Notes under the pieces: model-generated
What the model was told of the DNA's origin: nothing
Seen by the model: the letters and a program-made list of their open reading frames with translations, nothing else
Database searches by the model: none
Shown: piece by piece, positions 14,401-29,400 of the stretch
Layout: every line of letters starts with the position of its first letter
Position numbering within the stretch: the first letter of the stretch is position 1
From: an uncultured bacterium
GTDB lineage: Bacteria; Oederibacteriota; Oederibacteriia; Oederibacteriales; Oederibacteriaceae
Assembly: GCA_965112635.1 (NCBI GenBank)
Contig: OZ218778.1
Coordinates: 32,001-96,000 of the forward strand
Length of the DNA: 64,000 nt
Direction: 5' to 3'
Position numbers and translations under genes: made by a program

Positions 14401-17400
14401 AACCCGGCACAGCCCACTCGCCGGGCACGATGACCTGCAGTTTGACCGCGCTCGGTTCGGGGTTGACCGTGATGGCCGGGCAGGTATTGGCCGGATAGTT
14501 CGGGATGCCCAGGACATCCGTGGCCGTGATATTGGACGACCCTGCGGTCTTGAGAATGATACCAAAAGTGGCCGACCCGCTGCCCAGGTTGCTGTTGGCC
14601 GGCAGGCTCGCGTAAGTGTCGCTGCTCGTGATCTGGATGGTATGGTTGCCCGCCGAAGAATAGACGTTAAAGTTGGCGTCCACCGCGTTGACCTGGATGT
14701 TAAAGGAAACCCCGGCCGTCTCCGGCGAAGGCGAGCCGGTATAGCCGGTCGCGGAACCCGGGTCAGGCGTCTGGCCCGGCGCCAGGAGCTGGAGCTTGAG
14801 CCCCACGGAGTTGGGCGAGACCACGAATACCGTCGAGGTATTGGAGGCAATGTTCCACCCGGCCGGCACTGAGGCGGTCAGGCTGCGGTTCCCCGCTGTC
14901 TTTAAGATGACGTTATTGAAGGTATAAGTCCCGTTGACCAGGGCCGCGCTCCCGATGGTGGGAACATGCGGGTCCGTGGAGGATAAGGTCGCCGTGGGCG
15001 TGATGGAGACCACGTTCCAGTAAGAGTCCACGCTGTTGACGATGACGCTAAAGGCCACGCCCGCGGTCTGCCCCGCGGCGGTGCCGGACTTGCCCGAGGA
15101 AGAGCCTGGGACGGGCGATTCACCGGGTAGCAGCACCTGCATGCTCACCGCGCTGCCGGGATTGACCGTGATAGAGCCGGTCGTATTGCCGGTCAGGCCC
15201 GCCAGGGTGCTGGCCGAAACCGTCTGGGCACCCGCGGTCTTGAGGGTCACGTTCATGGTCCCATAACCGGCGGTCAGAGTCAGGCCTGGCGCTACGGAGC
15301 TGAAATAGGTATCAGAACTGCTCAGGGTCACGTAGGGCGTGGCCGAGAAGGCCCTGTTCCAGTAGCCGTCCACCGCGTAGACCGCTACTGTAAAGGCCGT
15401 TCCGGCGGTCTGTGGGCCGGGCGTGCCGGTCTTGCCGTTGACGGTGCCTGGAGCCGGGTTTTCGCCCGGAGCCAGGATCTGCAGCCTGGAAACGGTCCCG
15501 GCCGAGACCGTGATACTCGCTGAAGTATAAGGCGCGAACACCCCTGCCGTATCCGTGACCGTGATGGGCCACAGGCCCTGCGTGACCATGTTGATCGTGA
15601 AGGTACCCGTGCCGCTGTTGAGCGAAGCCGGTGTCGGCGGCAGGGCGTTGGTATCGCCCGGGATCACCGTCACCAGCGGATGGTCGCTGGTATTGATGTT
15701 CCAGTAAGTATCCACCGCGTAGACCGCGATATTGAAAGGCGTCCCTGCCGTCTGCGTGTTGGGCGTGCCGGTCTTGCCGTTGGCGGTGCCCGGCGCCGGG
15801 TTCTCACCCGGCAGGATGGACTGCAGCATCACGCCCGTCCCTGGCAATAAGGTAAAGTTACCGCTCGAGGTGGAGGTCAGGGGCGTGGCCGTTGTATCGG
15901 TCAGGGTCAGGGTCCTGCTCGGGCCGGCCGTGACCAGGGTCACGGTCATCATGCCGGTCCCGTTGGTCAGACCGTAATTGGACGGCATGGTGGCATTGGT
16001 GTCGTTGGAGGTCATGGCCACTACCGGGTTGGCGGTCGGCACGATGTTCCAGTAAGTATCCACGGCGCTCACCGTGATGGAGAACGGTACCCCGACGTTC
16101 TCCGCGGAGGGCGAACCGGTCTTACCCAGGGTCGAGCCGGGATTGGCCGCTTCGCCGGGCATGACCATCTGCAGTTTGAGGGCCGTGGCCGGGTCGACCG
16201 GGATGGTGCCGGTGGTGGAACTGCCGTACTGCGGCACGCCGGACACGTCGGTCCCTGTCACGTTCTGGTTGCCCGACCGCTTGAGGGTGACCGGAAGGGA
16301 GATGGTGCCGTTGGACATGGTGTTGTTACCGGCCAAGACCGCGTAAGGATCGCTGCTCGTTAAGCCCACCGTGGGATTGGCCGTATTGACCACGTTCCAA
16401 AAGGGATCCACGCAGTTAACCGTCACATTAAAAGAAGTCCCCGCGGTCTGGTGGCTGGGCGTGCCGGTCTTCCCTGCCGTGCTGCCAGGCGCCGGGTTTT
16501 CCCCAGGTGCCAAAGTCTGCAGTTTGACCGCTCCGGCCGGCGACAAGGTCAGGACCGAGCTCGTATTGGGAGCCAGGGCCGGGGCGCCGCTCTGGTAAGT
16601 GGCCGTGATGGTGATGGAACCGGCGGTCTTCAGGGTTACGCTGAAGCCGTAGGAGCCCGTGGGGGTCAGGTACTGCGGCGAAGGCATGGTGGCGTTGCCG
16701 TCGTTGGAGGTCAAGCCCACCAGTTCCGAGGCCGAACCGACCTGGTTCCAATAGCCGTCCACGGCCATGACCGTCGCCGTAAAGCCTGTCCCGGCGGTCT
16801 GGATACTGGGGCTGCCGCTCTTGCCGTTGGAGGAGTTGGGCGCGTTGTTTTCTCCAGGCAGCAGGACCAGGAGCTTGACCGCGGTCCCGGCCGTGACCGT
16901 AATGCCGCTCATCTGATTGGTCAGGTTGTTTTGCACGTCCTGGGCCTTGACCGCTTGCAGTCCGACCGTAAAGAAGGTGATGTCGTTGGTGAATACGTGC
17001 ACCCCGGCGTCTCCCGCGTTAAAGGTATAGCTGGTCGGGGTCAGGCTGGCCGCCGAGTCCGTGGTGGTCATGTTGATAGTGCCGCGGTAACCGGTGCCGG
17101 TCAGGTTATTGGCCGCAAAGGCTCTGACCCGGTAACTGTAAGGCACCCCGACCACGGCCGGGTTGCTGATGCTGTCCACCACGATATTGGTGATGGGCGA
17201 GTAGTAGGTGAATGTCCAGCCGGCCGAAGGCGTTTCCACGTTGGTGGCCTGGTCCGTGGCCTTGGTCCGGACCAGATAGGTATGGCCGTCGGTCATCTTG
17301 CTCGTCGGCGGGGCGGTAAAGCTCCAGGAACTGCCGCCGGTGCAGGGCAGCCAGGTCTCGGAGCCGGCGTTGAATTGGCCGCCGTCGTACCAGACATTGC

Positions 17401-20400
17401 CCGCCGTAGTGTCTTTGAGGCTGAGGACCACCGAGGCGGTGTCAGAGGATGAACTGCCCTGGATGGACAAAAGCCCGTTGACCGAGGAACCCGGCGAAGG
17501 CGAGGTCATGAGAGAAGTGGGCGGCGTCATGTCGTAGGTGAAGGTGATGCCGCTGCCCGGCGTCTCCGGGTTGCCCGGCTGGTCGGTCGACTTGCTGATG
17601 ATCTGGTACTGGTTGCTGTCCAGCCAGAAGATAGCGGAGCTGTTGTAGGCCCAGTTGACGCTGGCCGTGACCGTCAGCCAGGTCGGGGTGGCGGTCCAGG
17701 TCACCGAGTTCCAATACAGGTTGCCCGCGGTCGTGTTCTTGATCTGGATATAGACGCTGGCGATCGCCGAGGAGGCGTCGATGGCCGTGCCGGCGACGGT
17801 CGTCACGCTGTTGTAACGCCAGTTATTGGCCGGATAAGCGACCGTGCTCACGGGCGGCGTCGTGTCATACACAAAATTGGACAGCGTCGTGGGCGACTGG
17901 TCATTCTGGGCGATATCCGTGGCCTTGCTCTCGATCTGGTAGGCCAGTCCTTCCTGCCACGGGTTGGAAAGCGGCGAATAGGTCCACACCGTGGTCCCGG
18001 TCGCGCCAAGCCAGGGCTGGCTGCCGGTATCGAACTTGTTGCCGTTCCAGTAGGCGCCGTCCCAAACTCTCTTGATGCGGATGAGCACATAGTTGACCGT
18101 ACCGCTGTCCGGATCGCTGGAAGTCCCCGCGAGGGTCGTCAGGCTGTTGTAGTTCACGCTGTTGAGCGGCAAAGTGATCGCCGAATTGGGCGGCGTGATG
18201 TCGTAAGTGAAGGTCACCCCGGCCCCTATCGGGCTCTCGGGATTGGTCGCCTTGTCAATGGCCTTGGATTGAATGAGGTAGCTGGTCCCGTCCGACCAGG
18301 TCGGGCTGGCATAGCTCCAGTAGCTCCAGCTGGCCGTCGTGGTGCAGTTGAGCCAGGTCTGGGTGGTGACGCCCGGCCAGCTGCCGTTGTAGTAAGAGCC
18401 GGTCCCCACGTTCTTGATGGACACCTGGACCTGGGCGACCCCGACATTGTCATTGGCCGTGCCGGTGATGTAACCGAGACTGTTTATGCGCAGCCCGTCC
18501 GTGGGCATGGAAATGACGGAATGGGGCGGGTCGGTATCATAGGTGAAATACACGCCCGAGGTGGGGCTTTCGGTGTTGCTGGCGGAGTCCGTGGCCATGG
18601 ACTGGATGTAATAGGTATGCCCGCTGGTAAAGCCCGTGGGCATGGCGTAGGTCCAGTTGTTGGTCCCGCTGGAAACGGGGTTCCACAGCGGCCCCGGTGC
18701 CCAGCCGCCGCCGGTCCAATAGGAGTTACCGTAATAGGTGTCTTTGATGGCCACCTGGACCCCGGCGATACCGGCCAGGGCTGAGGTCGCCGTCCCTGAA
18801 ATATTGGTCAAATAGTTCAAAATAGCGTTATTTCCGGGCACTGTGACCGCGGAAGTGGGAGGCGTGGTCACGAAAGTAAAGGATGTCCCGATGCCGGGGA
18901 CTTCCTGATTGCTCGCCAGGTCCGTGGCCTTGGTCTGGATGATATAGACCCGTCCGTTGATCCAGGCCGGCGAATTAAAGGTCCAGTAGGAGGTCCCGGA
19001 CACCTGGATCCATTGCTGGGTGGAGTTCCAGGCCGTATAGGTATTGCCCTGGTAGTAAACCCCGCCGTCCGTGGCGTTCTTGATGGAAATGTAAACCTTG
19101 TCCAGACCGGCCGGTCCGTTGGCCAGGGCTGAACCGGAGATCACGGTCAGGGAGTTGGTATCCTGGCCCTGGTAAGGCACGGTGACGGATGAAGAAGGCA
19201 GCGCGTTGTCAAAGATGAAGGAAACTCCGGCTCCCGGGGTCTCCTGTCCAAAGTTGACGTCTATCGCCTTGGACTGGAGGGCATAGCTCTTGCCGGTCAT
19301 GAACCAGGTCTGGTTGATGCCTCCGGTATAGGTCCAGGAAGTTGACCCCACCGCGTTGACCCAGAAAGGCGAAGCGTAAGCGGTCCAGGTCGTGCCGTTC
19401 CAGTAGGTCGAATCCGTGGAATTCCTGATCAAAAGCTGGACGCCGGTCGTTAACGGAGAGGCGGAACCGGAAATGACCGGGATGTTGTTGTAATAGGTCT
19501 TGCTGTTGTCAGGGAAGCCGATGGTCGAGGTCGGCGCCGCCGTGACGGTCAGGATGCTGTAGGAAGTAGAGAGACCGTAGTCGTTGCCGTTCACGACGGT
19601 CATATTATAAGGTCCGATAGGCACCGCCCCGCTGATGCTGATGTCCACATTGATGGAGGTATTGCTCCAGTTGGTAGGCACCGCCACGATACCGCCGTTA
19701 TTGAATACGACATGGCCGGTACTGGAACCGAAGTAGTTCCCGGTGATAACGGCTGTCACGCTGACCGCGCCCTGGCCGATAATACCCTGCGACAGGGTGA
19801 TGACAGGCTTGGGATCGATCGTCAGCGCGCCCGGCAGAGTATAGGTGCCATAGTCGGGGTTGAACAAGGTCAGGGTCCGCGCGGTCGTGGTATCCGCCGT
19901 CGCGTCCACGTTGACCGTGACCGTGGCTGAAGTGCCGTTGTTATAGGTTAAAGCGGTCTGGGTAATGCCGTTGTAACCGACCGTTGCCGTGAAAGTGACC
20001 CCGAACCCGGCGCCGTTCGTGAAATTGGTGCCGGTGATCACGATGTCTTGGCTGGAAGCGCCCTGCCCCAGGGCCACAGGGAGGATGCTGGTGATGGTCG
20101 GCCGGCCGTTGACCGTAAAGGCGATAATGGAGGAACCGTTGCCCGCGCCGTCCGTATCCGAAGCCGTTACGGTGATCATCACCGGCCCGGTCGGTGCCGT
20201 GGCCAGGATATCGATGGGAACAGCGATGGAACCGCTGTTCCAGCTGGTGGGCGCGTGGACGACGATGCCGCTGTTGGCGAACTGGACCGTGCCCGTATTG
20301 GCGCCAAAATTGGAGCCGGAGAGGGTGATGGTGCGGCCCGTAGCACCCTGGCCCAGGCTGCTGGGCGCGGCCGAGGTGATGGAAGGCTTGGCTAAAATGT

Positions 20401-23400
20401 TGAATTTATTGGCAAAAGTAGCCTGGCCGGCGTCAGAACCCTTGATGATGGTGATATCGCCCAGGCCCTGGGGCGTGGACCCCGCGATGTTGACGGTCAG
20501 GATGATGGAAGAAGTGTTCCAGTTGTAGTTGGTGACGCTGATGCCCGAGGCACTGAAGCTGACCGTGCCGGTGATGCCGTCAAAATTGTTGCCCAGGATG
20601 GTCAGGGTCTGGTTCAAGGCGCCCTGGCCGCGGGTGTTGGGAGTGATGCTGGTGAAGGTCGGCGCCGCTCCCACGATAAAGAACCCGTTGCTGGAGGTCG
20701 CGTTGCCCGCGTTGTCGTTGTTGGCGATGGACACGGTCGCGGGCCCGGCGGAAGCGCCGGACAGGTCCAGGGTGGCCGTGATGGAGGTATTGCTCCAGTA
20801 ACCCACGCTGCTCACCAGAACTCCGTTGCTGAAGGTCAAAGTGCCGTTGGACACGCCGAAATTGTTGCCGCTGAGGACCACGGTCTGGCCCGTGGACCCG
20901 TAACCGCGGGTGTTCGGCGTGATGGAACTGAAGCTGGGAGCCGGGTTGACCGTAAATTGATTGCTGAAGGTCGTGCGGCCCTGGTCGCTGCCGTTGACGA
21001 CCGTGATGTTGCACAACCCCGTGGTGGCGTTCGAGGCCACGTTGACCAGGAGCACGATCTGGCCGGAGTTCCAGCTGCTGTAACCGGTCACGCTCACTCC
21101 GCTGGCGCTGAAGCTGACCGAGCCCTGGGTGTTCCCGAAGTTGGTGCCCAGCAGGGTGATGGTCTGGGCCGAGGCGCCCTGGCCGCGGTTAGCTGGGTTC
21201 ACGTTGGTCAAGGTCGGCTGTCCATTGACGGTAAAGAAGCCCAGGCCCGAGGTGCCCACGCCGTTGTTGTCCCCGTTGGTGATCGTGACCGTGGCCGCTC
21301 CGGAAGTGGCCAGCGTGCAGTCCAGGGAGACCAGGACCGAGCTGGTGGACCAGCCCTTGACCGTGGCCAGGACCCCGTTGCTGAACGATACGGAACCGGC
21401 GCTGCCGAAATTGTTCCCGGTGATGGTCACATAGGTGCCGGACGCTCCCACCCCCAGGTTGGTCGGAGAGATGGCGGAGAAGCTGGGTTTGGGATCGACC
21501 GTGAACGCGCCGTTGAAGGTGGCCTGGCCGGCGTCATCCCCGTTGACCACGGTGAAGCTTCCGGCCCCGGTCGCGGAGTTGGAGGACAGGTTCATGTTAA
21601 GGTTGATCTGGGTGTTGCTCCAGTTGTTGTAACTGGTCACAACCACCCCGCTGGCGCCAAAGGTCACGGTCCCCTGGCTGTTGCCGAAGTTGTTGCCGGT
21701 GATGGCGATGATCTGGCCCGTCGCTCCCTGCCCGCGGTCAGCGGGATTGATGTTACCCAGCGTGAAGGTAGGCGCCGGATTGACGGTGAAGATGCCCACG
21801 GTGGACCAGACGCCGGCGTTGTCGCCGTTGGTCACCGTGATGGTCACATTGCCCGCCGTGGCGGCGGCCAGGTTGAGATTGAGGGAGATGGACCCGTTGG
21901 CCCAGCTGTTGATGCTGGAGCCGACCCCGTTGGTCAGGGTGATGGTCCCCGTCGCGTTGCCGAAATTACCCCCGCTGATAATGACGGTTTGGTTGGTCGC
22001 CCCGATACCGCGGCTGGGCGGATTGGCGCTGGTAAAGCTGGGGTGGCTGTCCACCGTGAACACGCTGGTAAAGGTGGTCTGTCCGGCATTGGCCCCGTTG
22101 ATGACCGTGATATTGCCTGCCCCGGGCGTGGCCCCGCTGCTGATATTGGCCGTCAGGACGATCTGAGCATCCGCCCAGCTGGTGTAACCTGTGACGTTGA
22201 TGCCCGGATTGCTGAAGGTCACCGTACCCTGGGTCGTGCTGAAATTGCTCCCGTTGATCGTGAGGGTCTGCCCCAGTGCCCCCTGGCCGCGGTCGCTCGG
22301 GGTCATATTGGTAAAGGTCGGCGCTCCGTTGACCGTGAAGAACCCGGCCACCGAGGTCGCCTGGCCCGCGTTGTCGTTGTTGATAATGGTCACCTGTGGC
22401 CGCGCCGGCCGTGGCCGAGGCCAAATTCAGGGTGACCGTGACCGAGGTGTCGCTCCAGCTGTTGACCGAGGACACCACGACTCCGTTGCTGAAGTTAATG
22501 GTCCCTTGCGTGGTCCCGAAGTTGCTCCCGCCGATGATCACCTGCTGGCCCGTGGAACCGATACCGCGGCTGGGCGGAGCGCAGGTAATAAAGCTGGGTT
22601 TGGGATCGACCGTGAACTTATTGGTGAACAAGGTTTGGCCCGCGTCAGAGCCATTGACCACCGTGATATTTCCCAAACCGGTCGCTGCCGAGGACCCGAT
22701 AGTGGCGGTCAAAACGATCTGGGTCATCCCCCAGTTGCTGTAACCGGTGACCGAAACGCCGCTGGCGCTGAAGGTCACGCTCCCCTGGCTGTTCCCGAAA
22801 TTATTGCCGTTGATGGTGATGGTCTGGCTGGACGCTCCCTGTCCGCGGTCAGACGGGTTGACACTGGTGAAGCTCGGCGCCGGGTTGACCGTGAAAATGC
22901 CCGCCGTGGACCACAGGCCGGCGTTGTCGCCGTTGGTCACCGTGATGGTCACGTTGCCGGCCGTCGCGTTGGACAGGTCCATGGAGACCGTGATGGAGGT
23001 GTCCGACCAGCTGCTGATATTGGAGACGATGCCGTTGGTCACGGTGATGGAACCCGTCGCGTTGCCGAAATGGCTGCCGCTGATGACCACGCTCTGGTTG
23101 GTCGCCCCGATACCGCGGCTGGATGGATTGGCGCTGGTAAAGCTTGGTTTGGGATCCACCGTGAACTTATTGGGGAACAGGGACTGGCCTGAGTCGGCTC
23201 CGTTGATGACCGTGAGGTTGCCCAGTCCCAGAGTGGCGGTGTTGAGGATGTTGGCCTTGAGCACGATCTGCGTGTCGGACCAGCTGGTATAGCTGGTCAC
23301 CGAGACGTTGGCCGCCCCGAAGATCACGGTCCCCTGGGTGTTGCTGTACCCGCTGCCGGTGATGGTGATGGTCTGGTTCAGCGCCCCTTGGCCGCGGTCG

Positions 23401-26400
23401 CTCGGGTTCATGCTGGTGAAGGCCGGCGGCCCGTCCACGGTAAAGAACCCGGCGTAGGAAGTGGCCCGGCCCTGGTCGTCGTTATTGATGATGGTCACGG
23501 TAGACGCGCCGGCGGTCGCGTTGGTCAGGTCCAGGGTGACGCTGACGGAATTGGCGGACCAGTTATTGACCGCTGAGACCACGACCCCGTTGCTGAAATT
23601 GATGGTCCCTTGCGTGGTCCCAAAATTACTGCCGCCGATGACCACGGTCTGCCCTGAGGAGCCGATTCCAAGGTTCCCTGGAGCGCAGGACACAAAACTC
23701 GGTTTAGGATTGACCGTAAAGACATTGGCAAAGGTGGCGATACCGTTGTCAGTTCCGTTGGTGACCGTGATACTGCCCAGGCCGGTGTTCGCGGAAGAAC
23801 CGAAGTTAGCCATCAGGACGATCTGGTTGTTGTTCCAGCTGCTGTAGCCGGACACCGACACCCCGCTGGCGCCGAAGACCACGGTTCCCTGGGTGTTGCC
23901 GAAATTGTTGCCGTTGAGGGTGATGGTCTGGTTCGGCGCTCCCTGCCCGCGATTGGTCGGATTGACGCTGCTAAAGATGGGCGCTCCGTTGACCGTGAAG
24001 AACCCGCTGGCCGAAGTGGCCTGGCCGGCGTCATCCCCGTTGGTGACCGTCACGGTCGCCGCGCCTGGCGTGGCTCCGGTCAGGTCCAGGGTCACGGTGA
24101 TGGCGCCGGTCCCCCAGCTGTTGACGTTGGAGACCACGACGCCGTTGCTGAAGCTGATACTGCCGTTGGCCACGCCGAAATTGCCGCCGTTGATCGTCAC
24201 CTGCTGGCCCGAGGAGCCGTAACCGCGGCTGCTGGGCAAGGCTGAGGTGAAGGTCGGCTTGGCGTTGACCGTGAATTTATTGGCAAAGGTGCTTTGGCCG
24301 GAGTCGGAACCGTTGATGACCGTGATGCTGCCCAGCCCCTGGGTGGCGGTTTGGGCGATATTGACGGTCAGCACGATCTGGGTGCTGTTCCAGCTGCTGT
24401 ACCCGGTCACGCTGATGCCGCTGGCGCCGAAGATGACCGCGCCCTGATTGGTCCCGAAATTGCCGCCGTTGATGGTGATGGTCCGGTTTTGCGCCCCTTG
24501 CCCATAGTTATTAGGGTTCATGCTGGTAAAGGTCGGAGCAGGGTCAATGTTAAAGAACCCTAAGGACGAGGTATTTCGTCCCGCGTCATCGTTATTGACG
24601 ATTGAAATAGTGGCCTGTCCGGTCGTGGCTGCCGTGCAGTCCACCAGGACCAGGATCGAAGAATCGGTCCTTTGGGCGATCGTGTTGGACACCCCGTTGC
24701 TGAAGGTAATCGTGCAGGTGTTGGTGACCCCGAAATACGAACCTGTGATGGTGACGCTCTGGGCCGTGCAGCCGATACCTTTGGCCGACGGAGAGCAGGT
24801 TATGAACAAAGGCTTGGGATCGACCATGAACTGGTTGACCAGGACCGCCTGGCCCGCGTCGTCGCCTTTGATGATGGTGACGTTATTGGCGCCCTGCGTG
24901 GCGTTGGGGTCGATATTGACGGTAATGACCACCGAGCCGTTGCCCCAGCTGGTGTAGCCCGTGACGCTGATACCGGCCGAGGCGAACACCACCTGGCCCT
25001 GGGTGTTGCCAAAGTTGATACCGGACAGGGTAATGGTCTGGTTTTGCGCCCCCTGGCCTCGGTTGGCCGGGCTGATACCGGAAAGGGTAGGCGCGCCGTT
25101 GACCGTGAAGAACCCTAGGCCGGAGGTGATCTGGCCGGCGTTGGCGCCGTTGATCACGGTGATAGAGGCTGGCCCGGCCGTAGCTCCGGAAAGGTTGAGC
25201 ACCGCGGTGATAGAGTTGTCCGCCCAGCTGGTGATGGAGGAAACCATCACTCCGTTGCTGAAGGACAGGCTTCCCTGGGTGTTGCTGAAATTACTGCCCG
25301 TGATGACCACGGTCTGGTTGACCGCGCCTACGCCGCGGTTATTGGGGGACACACTGATGAAGCTCGGTCCATTGTTGACCGTAAAGACACTGCTGACTGT
25401 GGTGCGGCCAAAATCCGCTCCATTGACGATGGTGATGTCGGAAGTGCCTACCGTGGCGCTCGTGGTCAGGTTGGCGGTCAGGACGATCTGGTCATTGTTC
25501 CAGCTGTTGTATCCGGTCACGCTGACCCCGGTGTTGGCAAAGATGACCTGGCCCTGATAAATGCCGAAATTATTGCCGTTGAGGGTGATGGTCTGGTTTT
25601 GAGCTCCCTGGCCCCGGTTGGCCGGGTTCATCCCGGAATAGGAAGGAGGCAGGTTGATCGTGAAGAATCCGGGAGCCGAGGTCACCACGCTGGCGTCGTC
25701 GGAGTTATACAAGGTCACGGTAGCCGGACCGGTCAGGGCCGCCGCGCAGTTAAGGGTGGCCAGGACATAGGTATTGATCCAGGTATCGATCACGCTGCTG
25801 ATATTGTTGCTGAAGGTCAAAGTACTGAGGTGATCGCTGTCGCTTCCAAAGGGAATACCCGTGATGGTCACGCTCTGGCCCATGGCACCCTGGCCCAGGC
25901 TGGCGGGAAAGGCGCTCGTCAGGGTCGGTTTGGCGTTGACCGTGAACACGTTGACAAAAGTGGACTGGCTGGCATCCGTGGGGTTGACCACCGTGACATT
26001 ACCCGCGCCCAGGGCCGCGTTCTGGGCCACATTGACGATCATATCGATCTCGGTGCTGCCCCAGCTGGTATAGCTGGTCACGCTGATGCCATTGGCGCTG
26101 AAACTCACGGTCCCCTGGTTATTGCCGAAATTGTTGCCGATGAGCCGCATCAGCTGGTTGGTAATACCCTGGCCGCGGCTAGAGGGCGAGAGGCTGGTGA
26201 AAGTGGGCGGCGGGTTCAAGGTAAAGAAGCCCAGGGCTGAGGTTACGGCGCCGCCGTTGTCGCCGCTGGTCACGGTGACCGTGGCCTGGCCGGCCGTGGC
26301 TGAGGAGCTGTCCAGGGTCAATTGGATCTGGGCCGGACTCCAGCTGGTGATGGACGAGACGACCGCGCCGTTGCTGAAGGCCACCTGGCCCGTGGAAGTG

Positions 26401-29400
26401 CCGAAATCGCTCCCCTGGATGGTGATGGCCTGCCCGGTCGAACCCACACCGCGGCTGGCTGGGTTGATGGAGCTGAGGGTCGGCGCGGGGTCCACGGTAA
26501 ACACGCCGCTAAAGGTCGCGCGGCTCGCGTCCGAACTGTCGTAAATGGTGATGCTCCCCAGCCCCAGAGTGGCCGTGGAATTAAGGTTGGCCACAAGCTG
26601 GATCTGGTTGTTGCCCCAAGCCGGATAGCTGGTGATGCTGATGCCGCTGGCTCCAAAGGTGACGGTCCCGACATTGGTGCCGAAATTGGAACCGTTGATG
26701 GTGATGAGCTGGCCCACGCCTCCCTGGCCGCGGTCGCTCGGGTTCACGCTGGTGAAGGTCGGCGCCGGGTCCACCGTAAAGAACCCGCTGGCCGAGGTGT
26801 TTTGGCCGCCGTCGTCGAAATTGTGCACCGTGACCGTGGCCGGACCGGCTGTGGCGCTGGAGCAGTCCATCGTGACATTGATGGAGGTGTTGGTCCAGCT
26901 GCTGACCACGGCCACGATGCCGTTGGAGAAGCTGACCGTGCCGGTGCCATTGCCAAAATTGGAGCCGGTGATGGTCACGCTCTGGGCCGTGGCCCCGACG
27001 CCGCGGTCAGCCGGATAGATGCTGATAAAGGTCGGTTTGCCGTCCACCGTAAAGACTCCGGTGAACCTGGCTTTGCCCTGGTTGTCGTTATTGAGCACCG
27101 TGATGTCGCCCGCACCCAGGGTCGCGTTGGAAGCGATATTGATGACCATGCTGATCTGCGTGTTGCCCCACGAGGAGTAGCTGGTCACGCTGACGCCGCT
27201 GGCGCTGAAGGTCACGGTCCCGATGCTGCTGCCGAAGTTGTTTCCGGTCATGATGATGGTCTGGTTGCTGGTCCCCTGTCCGCGGGCGTTGTAGTTCAAA
27301 TTATTGAAGGTCGGGGCCGGATCGACCGTAAAGATGCCGGAAGAGGTTGCCCGGCCGGCATTGTCGTTATTGACGACCGTGACCGTGGCCGTGCCGATTA
27401 CGGCGCTGGTCAGGTCGAGGTTCAGGGAGATGGAGTTCATGCCCCAGCTGTTGACGCCGGTGACATTGATGCCGTTGCTCATCGAGACGGTCCCGTTGGT
27501 CAGACCGAAATAGTTTCCGCTCAAGACCACGGTCTGGTTGTTGTTCCCTGCCCCGCGGTCAGGCGGGTTGGTCCCCGTAAAGGACGGGGCCGCGTCAACC
27601 GTAAAAACATTGGAAAAGGTGGTCTTGGCGCCGTCAGACCCTCTGGTCAGGGTGAGGCTGCTCAGACCCTGGGTCGCGTTGCCTGCGATTGTGACCATGA
27701 AGATGATCTGGGTGTCGCTCCAGCTGCTGTAACCCGTGACGCTCACTCCGGCGGCGCTAAAGGCGATGGTGCCCTGGGTGCCCCCGAAACTGGCACCCTT
27801 TAAGGTCAGGGTCTGGGCAATGGCTCCCTGACCCAGGTCACCTGGCTGCAGGCTCGTGAAGGTCGGCAAACCGTTGACCGTGAAGAATCCGCTCGCTGAG
27901 GTCGCCTGGCCTTGGTTGTCGTTGTTGACGATGGACACCGTGGCCGGCCCTACCGTGGCGCCGGTGCAATCCACGATCGTCAGGATCTGGGTATTGCTCC
28001 AGGTGGCGATGACATTATTGATGCCGTTGCTGAAAGTCACCGAGCCTGTCGAAGTGCCGAAGTTATTGCCCGTAATGGTCACGCTCTGGGCCGTGGCTCC
28101 GAGACCGCGGCTGCTGGGCACGCAGGTGTTGAAGGTCGGGGCTGGATCCACGGTAAAGGCGCCGGAGTCCGTGGCCTGGCCCATATCAGAACCTTTGACC
28201 ACTGCGATATCCCCTGCCCCCGGCGTGGCTCCGCTGGCAATATTGACCTTTAAGATGATGGCGGTGTTGCCCCAGCCGGTATAGCTCGTGACGCTGATGC
28301 CCAGTGCGCTGAAGGTCACGGTCCCCTGGATGGTCCCGAAATTATTGCCGTTGATAGTGACCGTCTGGTTGGCGGCGCCCTGGCCGAGGTTGTTGGGCGA
28401 AATGACCCCAAAGGTAGGGGCTGGGTTCACGGTAAAGAATCCGCTGGCCGAAGTGGCCTGTCCTTTATCGTCATTGTTCAAAATGGTGACCGTGGCCGGC
28501 CCGGCGGTCGCGCTGGCGCAGTTCAGGGAAACCGTGATGGAACCGCTGGCCCAGCTGACCACATTGGAGACCACGATGCCGTTGCTGAAGTTGATGGTGC
28601 CCTGCGTGTTGCCGAAATTATTGCCGGCGATGACCACGGTCTGCCCGGTGGCTCCCTGGCCGCGGCTGGAGGGCGTCGTGGAGGTGAAGCTCGGGGCGGA
28701 ATTGACCGTGAACACGTTGTTAAAGGTCGCTTTGCCTCCGTCCACCAGGTTCTGTACCGCGACATTGCACTGGCCCTGGGGGGTGGAGGAGCTGATATTG
28801 ACCGTCATCACGACCTGGGTGGCGCTCCAGCTGGTATAGCCGGTCACGCTGATGCCTGTGGCGCTGAAGGTCACGATGCCCTGTGACCCGCCGAAATAGT
28901 TGCCGCTCAAGGTAATGGTCTGGTTGGTGGCGCCCTGCCCGCGGCTGGTCGGGTTGATGCTGCTGAAACTCGGCGGCGCGTTGATGGTAAAGAGGTTGGT
29001 CCCGGAAGTGGCCACGCCGGCATCGTTGCCGTTGGTGACCATCACCGTGGCGGCACCGCCTGTGGCTGAGGAGCAGTCCAGGGTCACCAGGATGGAGCCG
29101 TTGCTCCAGCTGTTGATGGCGGTCACATTGATGGTGTTGCTGAAAGACACCGAGCCTGTCAAGGTGCCGAAATTGTTGCCTGTGACGGTCACGTACTCGC
29201 CCGTGGCCCCGGCGCCCAGACTGCTGGGGCTGACCGCGATAAAGCTGGGTTTGGAATCGACCGTGAAATCACCCGTAAAGGTGGATACGCCGGCATCGTC
29301 GCCGTTGACCACCACGATATTGCAGGCCCCCGCCGCCGCGGAGCTCCCGACGTTCACCACGAGCTGGACTTGGTTGTTGCTCCAGTTGGAATAGCTGGTC

